A DNA stretch of 63,773 nucleotides, the filler included, from Asterionella formosa (Eukaryota), in the NCBI GenBank assembly GCA_002256025.1. It is 4 parts of 4 records of this genome, joined end to end, with 100 filler letters (N's around TTAATTAATTAA, not from the genome) between each part and the next. Parts side by side here need not be neighbours in the genome. Positions count along the whole stretch, not along the records: positions 1 to 15,901 come from NKIB01005218.1; positions 16,002 to 31,885 come from NKIB01005237.1; 2 more parts are not named here. One strand, given 5' to 3'. Shown piece after piece: positions 11,670 through 23,600 of this stretch. Each line of letters opens with the position of its first letter. The stretch's first letter is position 1. The position numbers and the translations under genes are program-made. The notes below the pieces were generated by a model. That model worked only from the letters and a program-made list of their open reading frames with translations. It had not been told where the DNA came from and did not search any database.

Positions 11670-13969
11670 CTAGCTGAGGTTGAAAAGTCCACCTCCAGAG
11701 TTGACAGCAAAAAAGGTGTCGGCAAAGACCAGGGAAAGGACAGCCATCAATTTCATGACAATATTGAGGGCGGGTCCAGAAGTATCCTTGAAGGGATCTC
11801 CAACTGTGTCACCGACAACAGCAGCCTTGTGAATATCAGATCCCTTACCCTTGAGTTCAGAATCAGGAGATTGCTTCTCAATGTACTTTTTGGCGTTATC
11901 CCAAGCTCCACCAGAGTTGGACATGGAAATGGCAAGTTGGACAGACGCAACGAGAGAGCCTACGAGAAGCCCAGATACGGCGTTGACACCAAAGAAAAGA
12001 CCAGTGAGGAGAGGGGTGAAGATAACCATTGCAGCTGGAGGAATCATTTCCTTGAGCGAGGCCTTGGTCGAAATGGCGATGCAGGCATCATAGTCGGGGC
12101 GCTCGGTTGGGTTTGCATCTAGGAGATGTGGCTTCTCATCGAATTGACGTTGCACTTCCATAACCATTTCCATGGCAGCAACACCGACTGACTTCATAGT
12201 CATGGCGGCGAAGGCGAAAGGAATCATACCTCCAATAATGAGAAAGGCAAAAGTCAAAGGTTCCAGCATGTTGACGCCGTTTGCGAAGAGAGTATCGCCC
12301 GAAGCATGACGGATACGAGTGACAAAAGCTCCGAAAAGTGCAAGAGACACGAGAGCAGCCGATCCAATAGCGAATCCTTTTCCAATGGCAGCGGTGGTGT
12401 TACCTGCGGAATCAAGAGCGTCTGTCTTTTCACGGACACTAGGGTCAAGTTCGGCCATTTCCGCGATACCTTCGACGGTTAAAAATGTTGAGTTCACAGC
12501 TTCACAAATGGCAATCAACAGAAAATTAAATTTGTCTCACCTCCAGCATTATCACAGACAGGACCATAAACATCAATTGTTAATCCGGTGGCAAGATTGG
12601 CGAGGAATCCAATAGCAGCGAGAGCAACTCCGTACATGTCACACGTGGTAAAAGATCCATAGACAACAAGTGCGAGGATGAGGACAGGGATAATAGCCGA
12701 TTTGTATCCAAGGGCAATTCCGTAAATCATGTTGGTGGCAGCACCTGTTTTGCATGCATTTGCAACTTCTCTGACAGGAGCGTATGAATGTGATGTGTAG
12801 TACTCAGTAACGAGACCAATAATCAGTCCTCCAATAGAACCCATGATGACGCATAACCATGCTTGCCATGGGTGAAGAGTAAACACTTCAGATCCAACAG
12901 TCGCCTTGAGCATGAATTCACCGGGAAGGTAAAATTGTGCTGCGAAGTACACGGCTGGAATCATGACCAAGGTAGTGCTAATGAGTTGAATCTTGAGAGC
13001 TTGTTCAACTTGACTCTCCGATTTGACAGTTCGAATGTCGGTAGCGATGAAGGAGCAAAACAAGCAGACAAAGATTCCAACAGCAGATACAATGAGAGGG
13101 AACATCAAGGCATCCCATCCTCCATTGACTCCAATAGAACTTCCGATAACGAGAGCGGCGCAAGTGGACTCGGCAAAGGATCCGAAGAGATCGGCTCCCA
13201 TACCAGCGACATCACCGACATTGTCTCCAACATTGTCAGCAATGGTTGCAGGGTTACGAGGATCATCCTCGGGGATTCCGTGAACAACCTTTCCAACAAG
13301 ATCAGCTCCAACATCGGCAGCCTTGGTATAGATTCCACCACCAACACGTCCAAACATGGCAATAACCGATCCTCCAAGGCCGTATCCGGTAATGCACTCC
13401 GTGAGGTAAATCCAGTCCTCCGGAGCAGCGTAGTGAACACGGTAGGCAAGCAAGGTAATGTACAGCATCAAGAGACCAAGGCCGCAAAGAGCAAAGCCCA
13501 TGACGGCTCCAGCCCGAAAGGCAGTGTTGAAACAAGCCGTCCATCCTGGCTTCTGTGCCGAGACGGTGGTGCGAACATTAGAAAAGACAGCCACCTTCAT
13601 GCCGAGGTATCCGGAAGCCATGGAGGTGAATGCTCCTAGCAAGAAAGAAACGGTCGTAAAGATGCCTCTTGCCATGTCCCATCCTGTGCCCCAACTGACG
13701 AGGATCAGGATGACGACGGAAAAGAGGGCCACAAACCAAAAGCAGACAAAGTACTCGGCCCTTAAAAACGATTCTGCTCCCTCGTAAATGGCGGTGTAGA
13801 TCTCAATCAAGCGGAGAGTCGTTGCTTCGTCATTGGCGCCGCCGACAATCGAGGTCGATTCGCCTGCAAGGTCGGCACGAATCTCAATGCGAGCTATGAA
13901 GAGGAACTGAGTGAATGCCCAAATGAGGGCAACCACTCCAGCGATAATGATGATTCCTGTTGCTGAGAA
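11670..13969 (-). CDS. VP1: Vacuolar-type H+-translocating inorganic pyrophosphatase, K+-dependent type (first exon lies upstream and is uncertain)
   Basis: Motifs [69 protein letters not shown] and [14 protein letters not shown]. Intron 12540-12470 (GTGAGA...AAG) restores NAGGIAEM. Acceptor CAG before 13969. GNTTAA (Ala, not Lys) indicates the K+-dependent class. Confidence 0.95.
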
Positions 13970-15294
13970 CTGTTTAGGATGAGACACAGAGAGGAGCAGT
14001 TAAGTTAGTTGCTGCCGCGTGGAGGTATAGTGCAATACTGCGCAAAATCAAAATGAGAAAAAGGCGTCATCGACGCGTCGTACGACTCTGAGCACTGTGA
14101 GTCTTCAGCAGCCAAGCGCACGCCACCTTGGACTTGCAACATCCGTCCTCTGTCCATTTCACATGGCTGTTCCTCAGCAAAACTAACAGGCGGCAAACAC
14201 CCTCACCATGGAAGCGTCAGGGGGGAGGATTGATACGACGTCCAATCAAAGACTGAGTGAAAATGGCAGTAGCATGACAATACCAGGAATGGTTTTTTGA
14301 ATGCTACCAGTACCTGGTACTTTCTCGTATATCTGTTGTTACGTGAATAGCGATATAGATATGACACCGACTTGGACCACTGTCAGCCTCAAATTCCTTA
14401 TTTCCAAAATTAGGTAAGCAGTCTACGACACATTCATACGAAGTATCGGTCGGGTGTCAACTGCCAACCAGGATTGAGAAACAATTTAAGGATAGGAATC
14501 TTCCAAAACCGATCTATCCGTGGAATCTTCGATGAGGCACGACCATAACCCTAATTACAGTAGTATAGTAGGGTTCCGACGCAACATCCAAAAGCACTTA
14601 CCAAATCAAAGGGCCGCTTGGACGGCGGTATAAAGGCGAATGTAATCGCAATGAGCAAAAGGATGGGCAGTAGCAGCCAACAATTTCGTATCAGTCTGGC
14701 ATCTCGGATTCGTGATCGTTTGGGGATCTCATCACCGACGACGATACCGTCGCCTTCCATGGTATTCATCGTTCCGTCTGCAGTCATTCGGTTATTCTTT
14801 CGGAGCATTGTGTTTTATTTGTGCAAGCACGGTTATTAATACTACGGAGTACTCCGTATCATTTAACTCCCGCCGCGAAAGCAGATTACGGTATATCTTC
14901 GAGCTTTTGGAGGGCACTAAAAGAATATGGCAAGTTTCTCCTCACAGTTGTGGCAAGAATTGTACGTGTTGACCAGGTACCAGGTAACTGATGGAAGGTC
15001 CGGTAATCGAGAGTTTTAGCTTAATCTTTTTATAAGTAAAACGTGTTTCCACGGATTTTCCTCTGGTAAGTACCAGGTTCTCCGAGTACAAGGTACCTGT
15101 TACCTGGTACCTGGTACCAGGTAACTGGTAGTATGTTCTGGGCTACATCATATATTATACCTATTATACCGGCACTCCAATACCAACTGCTGCTACATTG
15201 TCGGTGTGTACCTGGTACAGTATTGCGTATAATACTGTAAAAGGTACCTGGTACCAGGTACGGAGTGAAGTATCTAACTAGAAGTAGTAGTATT

Positions 15295-15475
15295 TGTTGA
15301 ATATATGAGCTTATTTGTTAATCCTTGTGTGTAACTCGTTCTCCAAGTCGACACCAAAGTATACAATGAGGGTTAGTCGAGTTCTCTCATTATTGAGTTC
15401 TTATACATACATGATATAACACTAACCCTATATACATCTGTATTGATGCGCAAGATCGCTCACTCTCCCACACCA
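15295..15475 (-). mobile_element. Possible Ty1/copia 3' LTR with polypurine tract
   Basis: On the minus strand a purine-rich tract (GGGAGAG) directly precedes TG at 15462, and the segment ends in ...TCAACA at 15295, giving a ~168-bp TG...CA unit. No recognisable pol remnant before the gap at 15902. Confidence 0.3.
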
Positions 15476-16567
15476 AGGGAAAACCTTTTACCTTTGAAAA
15501 GGTTTGATGTAATGGATATTAATTCAGTCCGTAGTATGCATAGTTTGTTGAAAAGTAACTGGACCATTGGCATATACTTGAATAAATAGAATAAGGACCT
15601 CGTCCATGGTTATCCAAGGTAGTAGGATTATCCGATAGGATTAAAACCTCATCAACAACCTTGTAATCGCAAGAACGACGACGGAAAGTATCACGACGTA
15701 GTCATTTGTCAATTATCACTTATCGACATTGATATCCCAATATCAATTACATATCTATAATCAAATCATGTTGTAAAACCCATGTTCCTGGTGAAAATAC
15801 ACAATGTACTATAAATAGTAGCTCGAGCTGCATATGATGCAGCAAACTGGTATCCACAATATTCTGAACTTGAAATTCCTTGATTGGAGGATGAGCCTTT
15901 ANNNNNNNNNNNNNNNNNNNNNNNNNNNNNNNNNNNNNNNNNNNNTTAATTAATTAANNNNNNNNNNNNNNNNNNNNNNNNNNNNNNNNNNNNNNNNNNN
16001 NTAATTCGCGTAGATTTCTTGCATGGTTTGAGGACTGGTTTGGTATCATTATGTACCGGTAGTCAGGAAGGAAAAGCACATGTTTGTAGCCAGCCCGTAA
16101 CCGTTGAATTTTCGTGATACTTTTTGGTGATACAAATTCATTTTTATTTTTGTGGAGAATGGATTTTTTCGGTTTAAATCGAGTATCCGTTACATGATAC
16201 TTTTTCAAAAAAAATGATACCAAATCGAAAATGATAAGAACGACCCCACCGTGGCTGATTTCAAGTTGTTAATGGATCTGGGGTGTTTTTTTCATACAGA
16301 GCAAACCATCATACAGTATCCGTCTCGTAACATAAACTACATCGCTCCTGTACCAGGTACCGTTGTAGGTGCAGTATCATGGACTGGCGTTATCATCATA
16401 ATACCTAGTACAGTAATCGTTTTGTGTGAAGGATGAATATTTCATCGATACTGAGATTTTATGAACAAGTCGAAGGACGACATGGTAACCCTTCTACAAG
16501 GCTTTTCTCGTGAGTCAAAGGAAACGTTTCTATGTTACTCATAAACCTGAACCAGCTCACATAGAAA

Positions 16568-19451
16568 ATGGCGGACGATCATGGACTGGGAACTGCCGCT
16601 TCCCGGGCAATTAACTTAATGAATCAACTTCGTAGCTGTGGCATTGAAGGAGACATTGCTATTCCGAGAATCGCCTTTGCTGGGAAACAGAGCGCTGGGA
16701 AAAGTTCACTTGTCGAAGCCCTCACTGGCGTACAGCTCCCCAGAAACCACGGAACGTGCACTCGTTGTCCTATTCAAGTCACAACTACATACTAACCTAG
16801 TGCGACATGGACGTGCAAGATTTCTTTGCGCCTAGAGTACGACGATACAACCATGGTAAGTACGCAACAAGTTTCCGTGAAGCGTCCATTCCACCGCACA
16901 CTAATATTTATGGTATTTTGCTTTGTCAAAGTCAAGAAAAGATATAGTAACGGTCCAGCATATTTGTACTCTTCATCATACAGCCCAAATAGCAGATAGG
17001 ATTCAGGGTGCTCAGGAAGACATCCTCAAACTAACCAATGGAATGAAGTTTAGTCGAAATGTTGTTTGCGTCGATATAACTTCTTCAAATTGCCAGGATT
17101 TGTCACTTATCGATCTACCTGGCCTCATCGAGGCTGCTGATACGCAGGAGGAAGAGAAGTACATTGACCTTATTCTTGCCCTTGTGCGAGATTACCTCTC
17201 GCAGGAAAACACAAGTATGTATTTCAAAATTGTCATGTCGCGCTCCCCTTGTTTCCCGTTTCAATCGCTCAATTTCTCATCGCTATAACTGCCACTCCTC
17301 AGTCATACTACAAATTATGCAGGCCGATGAAGACGTGGAGGTATGCTCTACAATTCTTGTTTATATTCACCTGCATGTATCGTCTCTCCAATAGATCTTA
17401 CCAGTTTCTTTCCTTTCACACAGAATCAAAAGATCCGAACTCTAGCAAGAGAGGTTGACCCCAGTGGCAATAGGTCTATAGGTGTTTTGACCAAACCTGA
17501 CAAGATTGAAGCAGATACTGAAGGCACTACCATCGACATTCTTCTTGATAGAAAGTATGAATTGCGCTACGGATACTTCGTGGTTAGAACGCCAAAGCAA
17601 GCAGAGCTGAATAACATTTTAACTGCCATGGCCAGCAAGGAATCATTTGACAAGGTCAGTAAGAAAGGATGAAACCCTACCATTAAGAGCCTTTAATGCT
17701 CACAAATTGAATGTTGGATCAAGGCTCGAGACATCGAACAACTTTACTTCGCTACTGATCCTTTGGGCAAGGTCCTGAATCTACATGCATCTCATCGATG
17801 TGGTTCCGAAAACTTAGTTCAGGAACTGGCCAAGATGCTTCGTGGAATGATAGATCAACAAATCCCCGCTATGAAAGCCAAGCTAGAGGGACTGCTGGTA
17901 GTGACAGAAGCTGCATGCACTAAAGCAGGGAAGTCGATTGAAAAAGGTGCAGCCCGTGAAAATCTTATCAAACAGTCTCATGAGCTCGAATGCTTGGTGA
18001 TTTCCCATACAGAGGCCACTGGAGATGATAAGGGTATTTGGCATCACATCGACGCTGAGCTGCAGGATGCAGCATATAAGATCAAGCAAGCTGCACCACT
18101 GTTCAACATTAACGGAAAACTTATCTCTTTTGAGACACTAGGTGCCATCAAAACGACCAACGCCCCAAACTTGACCCTTAAACTCAACAAAGAGCAGCTT
18201 CAGGGTTCGAACTCCGTGGAATCGGCAGTGTTTGCTATCGGTGGTGCCCAGTGGAAGTTGATTTACTCACCAGTAGTAGCAGGACGTAATGCAGTCGTCA
18301 AGTTGAAATGCATGAAACTGCCAAAAGGAGCCTGTAGCGTGATTACTGCATATACTCTGTCCGCAGAGAATGCCCACCATCCATGCGGCGATGATTACAC
18401 GTTTTCACTGGATGGGTCAAGTAATGGATTGGCGATATCGTGCGTTGGCGTTGATGGCCTTACCCTGGAAGCAGAAGTGAATATCAAGGTAAAACATCAT
18501 TGTCACCTTGGATTCTGTCTCAACTGGTCTAAAGTACAGCATCAAATTTCTTTGCTTACAAATTGTTTTTCAATTTCTTGAAAGACATACGTTCCCGACT
18601 CTACTCATAGCCAAGATGAAGTTTTAACTGTGGACGACGTGGAGGAAATGATAAATGCATCAAGAGGACGTGTATTGCCAATCCCAGGCCGCCCTGAGTA
18701 CGATACCAACGTATATATCATGAAGCAAGCAATAAGGCAATGGAAGGATCCCTCAATCTCGTGTGCTCGACGGGTTCACGATATCCTCCGGCACCTATTG
18801 TCGGAAGGTCCCGACAATCTGGTGGAAAAGATCGAAACACTCAGTCGATTCAAGAATATGCGGAATTCGTATGCCAAAATTTCGACTGATCTCCTTCTGG
18901 AACACTCAAGGTTCACGATTGAGCGTGTCGAGAAACTTTGGGACATGGAACAGTATCTTTTTACAACAAACGTAGAGGCACTCTTGGACCTTCGCAGCAC
19001 ATTGATATCTGCAATCAAAAATGAAATCAGACAGGATCCGAAGGAACAATTTGCGAACGCGCTAAATGACTTCTCATCTGAAATATTTGCAAAGCTGGCT
19101 GCAGCAGGGATCACTAAGGATCACCTTTCGATTTTGCAGTCGCGTCCTCTATGTAGCGAGAAAGTGGTCGAAACGATGGCCAACGCCATGGCGGTGTTTC
19201 ATCTGAAGTCAAACATCTATGCTGACTGCGTTTGTTCACACATCCTTTTACACCTCGTTGGAGATTTTACGAATGGACTTGGGAATAAATTGAATGCTAA
19301 GATTGGGGCATTCACAAAGACTGAGGACGAACTCTACCATCTCTTTTCCGAGGGAGCCGATGTTATGAAATTCAGAGAAGAACTCGTGAGGAAAAGGAAT
19401 CGGCAGAAAGCAGGCCTTGAGCTCATCACCTCCTATCTTGAATTCTTTTGA
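16568..19451 (+). CDS. Mx-like dynamin-family GTPase with a MATH-like insertion; one in-frame TAA (pseudogene, null allele or sequence error)
   Basis: G1 GKQSAGKSS, G2 CTRCP, G3 LIDLPG, G4 TKPD. GT-AG exons 16568-16855, 16932-17214, 17303-17340, 17424-17654, 17724-18488 and 18585-19451 join in frame. TAA at 16793-16795 is followed in frame by the conserved-looking WTCKISLRLEYD. Confidence 0.85.
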
Positions 19452-19663
19452 AATCGGCAGGACGAGCTTGTTGGTAGTAATGAATGAATAATTTGAAGAG
19501 ACCTGTTTTCGGATGAACCCGTTTACTGGTGTTTGCAATGCAATGTCCCGATCCCATCAATCCCAATATGTGTTTATGAGCTCCAGAAAAAGAGAAATCG
19601 CCTAAGTTTTAGATTACTGAAGGAAGCTAGATACTCGTAATAGCAGATAAAATCTTAAACATA

Positions 19664-21574
19664 CTAATTTCCTGCCCCAAACCAGTGGCGGCATCTAGCG
19701 GTGTAAAGATCACGTCGTTCCAACTCAAGGGCAACCCGCTCGGCTTCAAGTATGCATTCAATATCATCCATCAGGGCGAATCTATTTTCCAACTTTTGCA
19801 GCCTTTGTTCTTGTATTTCTTCGAGTGCTCGAATTAGGTATGTCTCCTCCTTGCATGCCCTTTCAGTTGCCTTCTTGATAACTAAAGCTGTTAATGCTCC
19901 ACGTTGAGCATCGACGAGATCTGCTGGCGACGCTTTGATTGCAGCTGTAGTTGCAGCTGCCACCACGTTTGGCTTAGAATTACAAACCAAATGCTCCAAC
20001 CAGGCTTGCATCTCAGTAGCCGTCTTGCTCCCGTTGCTACTAGTTAAATCCGGAGTGATGGCACGTTCCGTCTGGTATGCCGTGGCTCTGGCCTCCAGAG
20101 GAAGTGTCAAGAACTCAATTTCACAATCGTAGGCCTTCGCTCCATTCCCAACTCGGTCCGCCACGGCATTCCAATCAATTGTCTTTTGTCGCTTGCTATT
20201 GGCTTCGTCCACTACAGCTTCTGTCAATTCATCCCGCCACCGGTCGTTCCACACAAACGATCGCTTACTCTTGACTGGTTCCTCCCTCATTCCAGGCACC
20301 GTCGGCGTCGAATCGTTTATGGCATCTTCATTGATGAGGCTCCAGGCGGTCAAAAATGCATGAAGACGATGCAAGCTACCAGCATCGCCTGCAATGGTGC
20401 GTCGGACCAACGTTTGCGTAATGAAGCGGTTCCCCACCTTGGTAGACATGGCTCGGATACGCTCTCGAGTATCCAAGTACGTGTCTGGCGTTCGGTGAGT
20501 GGCAGATGAATCGAACCACTCGGGCAGCATTGATCGTTCCAAATCAGAAATTGTGGTGGGGTTGTACCATGATGGTGGGGGTGTCTTTATTTCAGTTTGC
20601 ATTTCATCGTTGGGACCTGGAATGAAATTCTGTTCCCATTGAGGGGCTGGCTTATTCGCTAGAGGCATGATTGTCCCTGTAATTTCAGGTGGCGATGAAT
20701 CAGTAGTTGGAGTAGTTGAAGACGTGATCGTTGTGGGGATTTGCACGATAGTTGGTTGCACTGTAGTAGCAGTATCAACAGCATGATGGGGAGCAAATGC
20801 TGGCATGGTTGAAGAATAAGTGGAAACAGTAACAGTCTCCACACCAGTCGCCACTGATGATACGGTAGAAACCAGTCGAGCAGGAACAGGTTTGTTAGTG
20901 GATGACGGCTCAACCTTTATCACGGTGTTATCAGAAACAGTTGCTACAGGTGCTGGAGCCTCGTCAATCTGCATCGCGACACTATCATCAACCGGAGCTA
21001 CAGGTGCTGGAGCATCATCAATTTTTCTCACGACACTATCAGCAATGGGTGCTACAGCTGTAGGGGCATCATCAATATTCATCGCGACATTATCACCATC
21101 GGTTGATATAATTTTAGGAGCATCATCCAAAGGTTCATGCTTGATGCCATCCTCCTCTCCGCCACCTCGAATTCGCTGTTCGTCGAGTGTCAGCTGTTGT
21201 TGTTGTAATGCTGGTTCAACAAAGCATCGATTGCGTGCAACAGTTATCGATGCATTGGTCGTCGCATCAACTTCTACAGTAAGTTCCGTCACTAGCATAC
21301 CTCTGTCCGATTGTGATGGCCGAATGACAGCATCCACGGCCGGCAGCTGATACTTTGACTTGAAATTATGTAAGTGTTCGCTCATCAAATCCAAAGCAGC
21401 CTGCGGAAGCCGCAAAGCACCTTCATGAACGGTGTACTTTAAGCGTTCCCCTCGAGGCCCATAATATCCAGAGAGGATGGCTTTTGGATTCATACCGGTC
21501 GCTGGGTTGGGTTCGCGCAAGAGATGTGACTTCAAAGTATCCGCATCCTTATCATCTGACGAGCTAGTAGCCAT
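19664..21574 (-). CDS. SWI3: SWI/SNF complex subunit SWI3/SMARCC-like (SWIRM, SANT-like, C-terminal coiled coil)
   Basis: SWIRM motif PPPSWY....ISDLERSMLPEWF...TPDTYLDTRE....RRTIAGDAGSLHRLHAFL..WSLIN. SANT-like DWNAVADRVG...CEIEFLTLP. C-terminal LQKLENRF...E..LEAER. Confidence 0.88.
   Translation of the reverse strand: MATSSSDDKDADTLKSHLLREPNPATGMNPKAILSGYYGPRGERLKYTVHEGALRLPQAALDLMSEHLHNFKSKYQLPAVDAVIRPSQSDRGMLVTELTVEVDATTNASITVARNRCFVEPALQQQQLTLDEQRIRGGGEEDGIKHEPLDDAPKIISTDGDNVAMNIDDAPTAVAPIADSVVRKIDDAPAPVAPVDDSVAMQIDEAPAPVATVSDNTVIKVEPSSTNKPVPARLVSTVSSVATGVETVTVSTYSSTMPAFAPHHAVDTATTVQPTIVQIPTTITSSTTPTTDSSPPEITGTIMPLANKPAPQWEQNFIPGPNDEMQTEIKTPPPSWYNPTTISDLERSMLPEWFDSSATHRTPDTYLDTRERIRAMSTKVGNRFITQTLVRRTIAGDAGSLHRLHAFLTAWSLINEDAINDSTPTVPGMREEPVKSKRSFVWNDRWRDELTEAVVDEANSKRQKTIDWNAVADRVGNGAKAYDCEIEFLTLPLEARATAYQTERAITPDLTSSNGSKTATEMQAWLEHLVCNSKPNVVAAATTAAIKASPADLVDAQRGALTALVIKKATERACKEETYLIRALEEIQEQRLQKLENRFALMDDIECILEAERVALELERRDLYTARCRHWFGAGN
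20912..21127 (-). repeat. Four in-frame 54-nt (18-aa) tandem repeats inside SWI3
   Basis: DDAPKIISTDGDNVAMNI / DDAPTAVAPIADSVVRKI / DDAPAPVAPVDDSVAMQI / DEAPAPVATVSDNTVIKV. Confidence 0.8.
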
Positions 21575-22099
21575 TCTTATTAGGCACGTTCGATCTATGC
21601 TGATGAAGCGTTCACTGCTCCTAACCTCTTATTTATGCTACTTCTCAATGTGCTGCTGTTGGCTGATGGTGATGTTACAGTATTCCAGTGTAAATGTAGC
21701 TGAACATGTTTTTATGTAGCGCTTCACTATGATGTGTGAAGGAGCAGCTACTACCCTGGTACCACGTAATCAAAAACTGCTAGAGACCATCACTCACCAA
21801 ATTACCCCATTTTGGGACTAAAATTAGAGAAATTTTCAACTGACCCCAATTAAAACCCTTTGAATAGAATGTACCGGTACTCCTTTTAGATAAATAAATC
21901 ATTTCAACAATTTGAAGCATAAAACTTATGATATCGAATTTTTTAAGTTGTTCATTTTGCATTTTAGTGGTCTTTTTTATTTTTCATCATGAAGATTAAT
22001 TATTTAATGGGAAATGGTTAGAAAATACGACCTGGTGGTTTTCCATATTTTCTCCAATTTCTCATTTCAAGCAACTGATATCGATTTATTGTGTTAACA

Positions 22100-23600
22100 C
22101 ATAAATCACTCTTCCATCGCCATGACTTCATCCTTGTTGTCTTCTTCAGCTGAGGCTGCTGGTGGTGGTGTTATAGCTCTGGCAACTGGGACTGGTGCAG
22201 CCATCACCACATCCCACCCCATTATATCAATCAACATACCTGCTGGTGGTACTAAGCAGTATTTGTTTTGTTCAGGTAATGGCGCATCGCAAAATTTGTT
22301 TGTGACACCACAAGGACACCATTGTTTTTGTTTGCGCCATGTTCCATTCATGTGGCTGTTTGTTAAAGTGCTCTGATCGCTTGCACCTTATTCAATGTTG
22401 CTGTATAATGCATAACTTTCTTATTTTCATCCTCCCCAGATCTTCTTTTCCTCCTAGTTATATCGTCCAGTGCTTCCATTCCCAGTTCAAAGCACCCAGC
22501 CACCACTTGAAGTCCTGCAATGTACCTTTTATTTTGCGTGATCGCCAATAGCGCTGACTCCTTCTGTAGGCGAGCCAACTGAATAAGACTGATGCCATTC
22601 CTTGAATCCTCTCTGTTCCTGTATTCAATAACTTTGTCAAGAAGGGTGCCGTTGACTCTTTTTTAAATTCAGTTTTGCTTTTTGCTGGTGTGATGGTCGA
22701 GATAGCTGCATTCAATTATGTCTGCATTCTTGAAACTTCAGTCAGTTGTATTTCATCATGAAGATGTGTGTTGTAGTTCATTGTTCCCCATCCCTTTCCG
22801 GCAATTGCATTCCGCTTGGTGTCAACTTGGGCAAATGATACTTCCCAGGCACGGGCTGCCAGGTCAACAATGTAGTCTTCCTCAATTGCAAACTCAGCTT
22901 GGCGCCCTTCTTTCTTTGAAAGTGGCTCTTGCTTGAATCTTTTCAGTACCATTTTGAATCAACCATTTTGTTGGACATTGTCACCTACTTGTCAATATGA
23001 TGTTACATAGGAAACCCCGATACAAACATTTGAAACTAACAGCTCTGTATTGGTTGGTTACTAATTTAATGCTTTGCTGCTTTTAGTCTCTTGAAAATGA
23101 CATGGTGTTGTGTTTGGGATGACCACTTGCTCCTGTTGTTGCTGGAGGTAGTTTTGTGCTCTCAATGGCAGCATTATTTTCGTTTGTACTCCTCACCCCC
23201 CCCCTCTCACAGGTAATTTGTGTTTGTTGAAAAGTCTCATGCTGTTCAGGGTTATCTGCTAGCTTTTTTTCTCTCACTGCTGTTTTTATCTGAGCAAAAT
23301 GTAACTGCTTTCAAAGTGGATGCAGTAGTGGAGGCTCTGGTTTCAGAGGTAAGCGTGCTGCTAGTTGCAATTCATTCTGCTGGGGAAGAATCCAATAGCT
23401 AGCACTGTAGAATTTAAACCCCAGCCTTCTACTAGATCCTTGTTGTCATAATTCAATTTCCTCAAATGGTACTTGCTTCACACCATTTTTTGTTAGCCAC
23501 ATTATTGTGCCAACTTTGTCTGCTACCTATCGAATGATAGCACCATTTGGTACAGCTCCTCCTCCATGATTGTTAGCCTTTGTTTCTATTGGATACATGC
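22100..23600 (-). mobile_element. Degenerate, internally deleted DNA-transposon (pogo/DDE_1-like) transposase remnant
   Basis: Frameshifted fragments include IVDLAARAWEVSFAQVDTKRNAIAGKGWGTMNYN and WNMAQTKTMV...DAPLP, which resemble the C-termini of diatom pogo-like transposases, plus an N-terminal-like GGAVPNGAI...WLTK. Many stops and few CpG. No DDE core or TIRs seen. Confidence 0.5.

Noticed and set aside
12863..13639. 258-aa plus-strand ORF, and similar antisense ORFs over TSR1, SWI3 and the AP2 gene
   Set aside because: Antisense shadows of well-supported genes with no recognisable motifs.
15902..16001. TTAATTAATTAA embedded in N runs (also at 31886-31985 and 47851-47950)
   Set aside because: The identical 100-nt layout at all three gaps, with stops in all six frames, marks an artificial scaffolding spacer.
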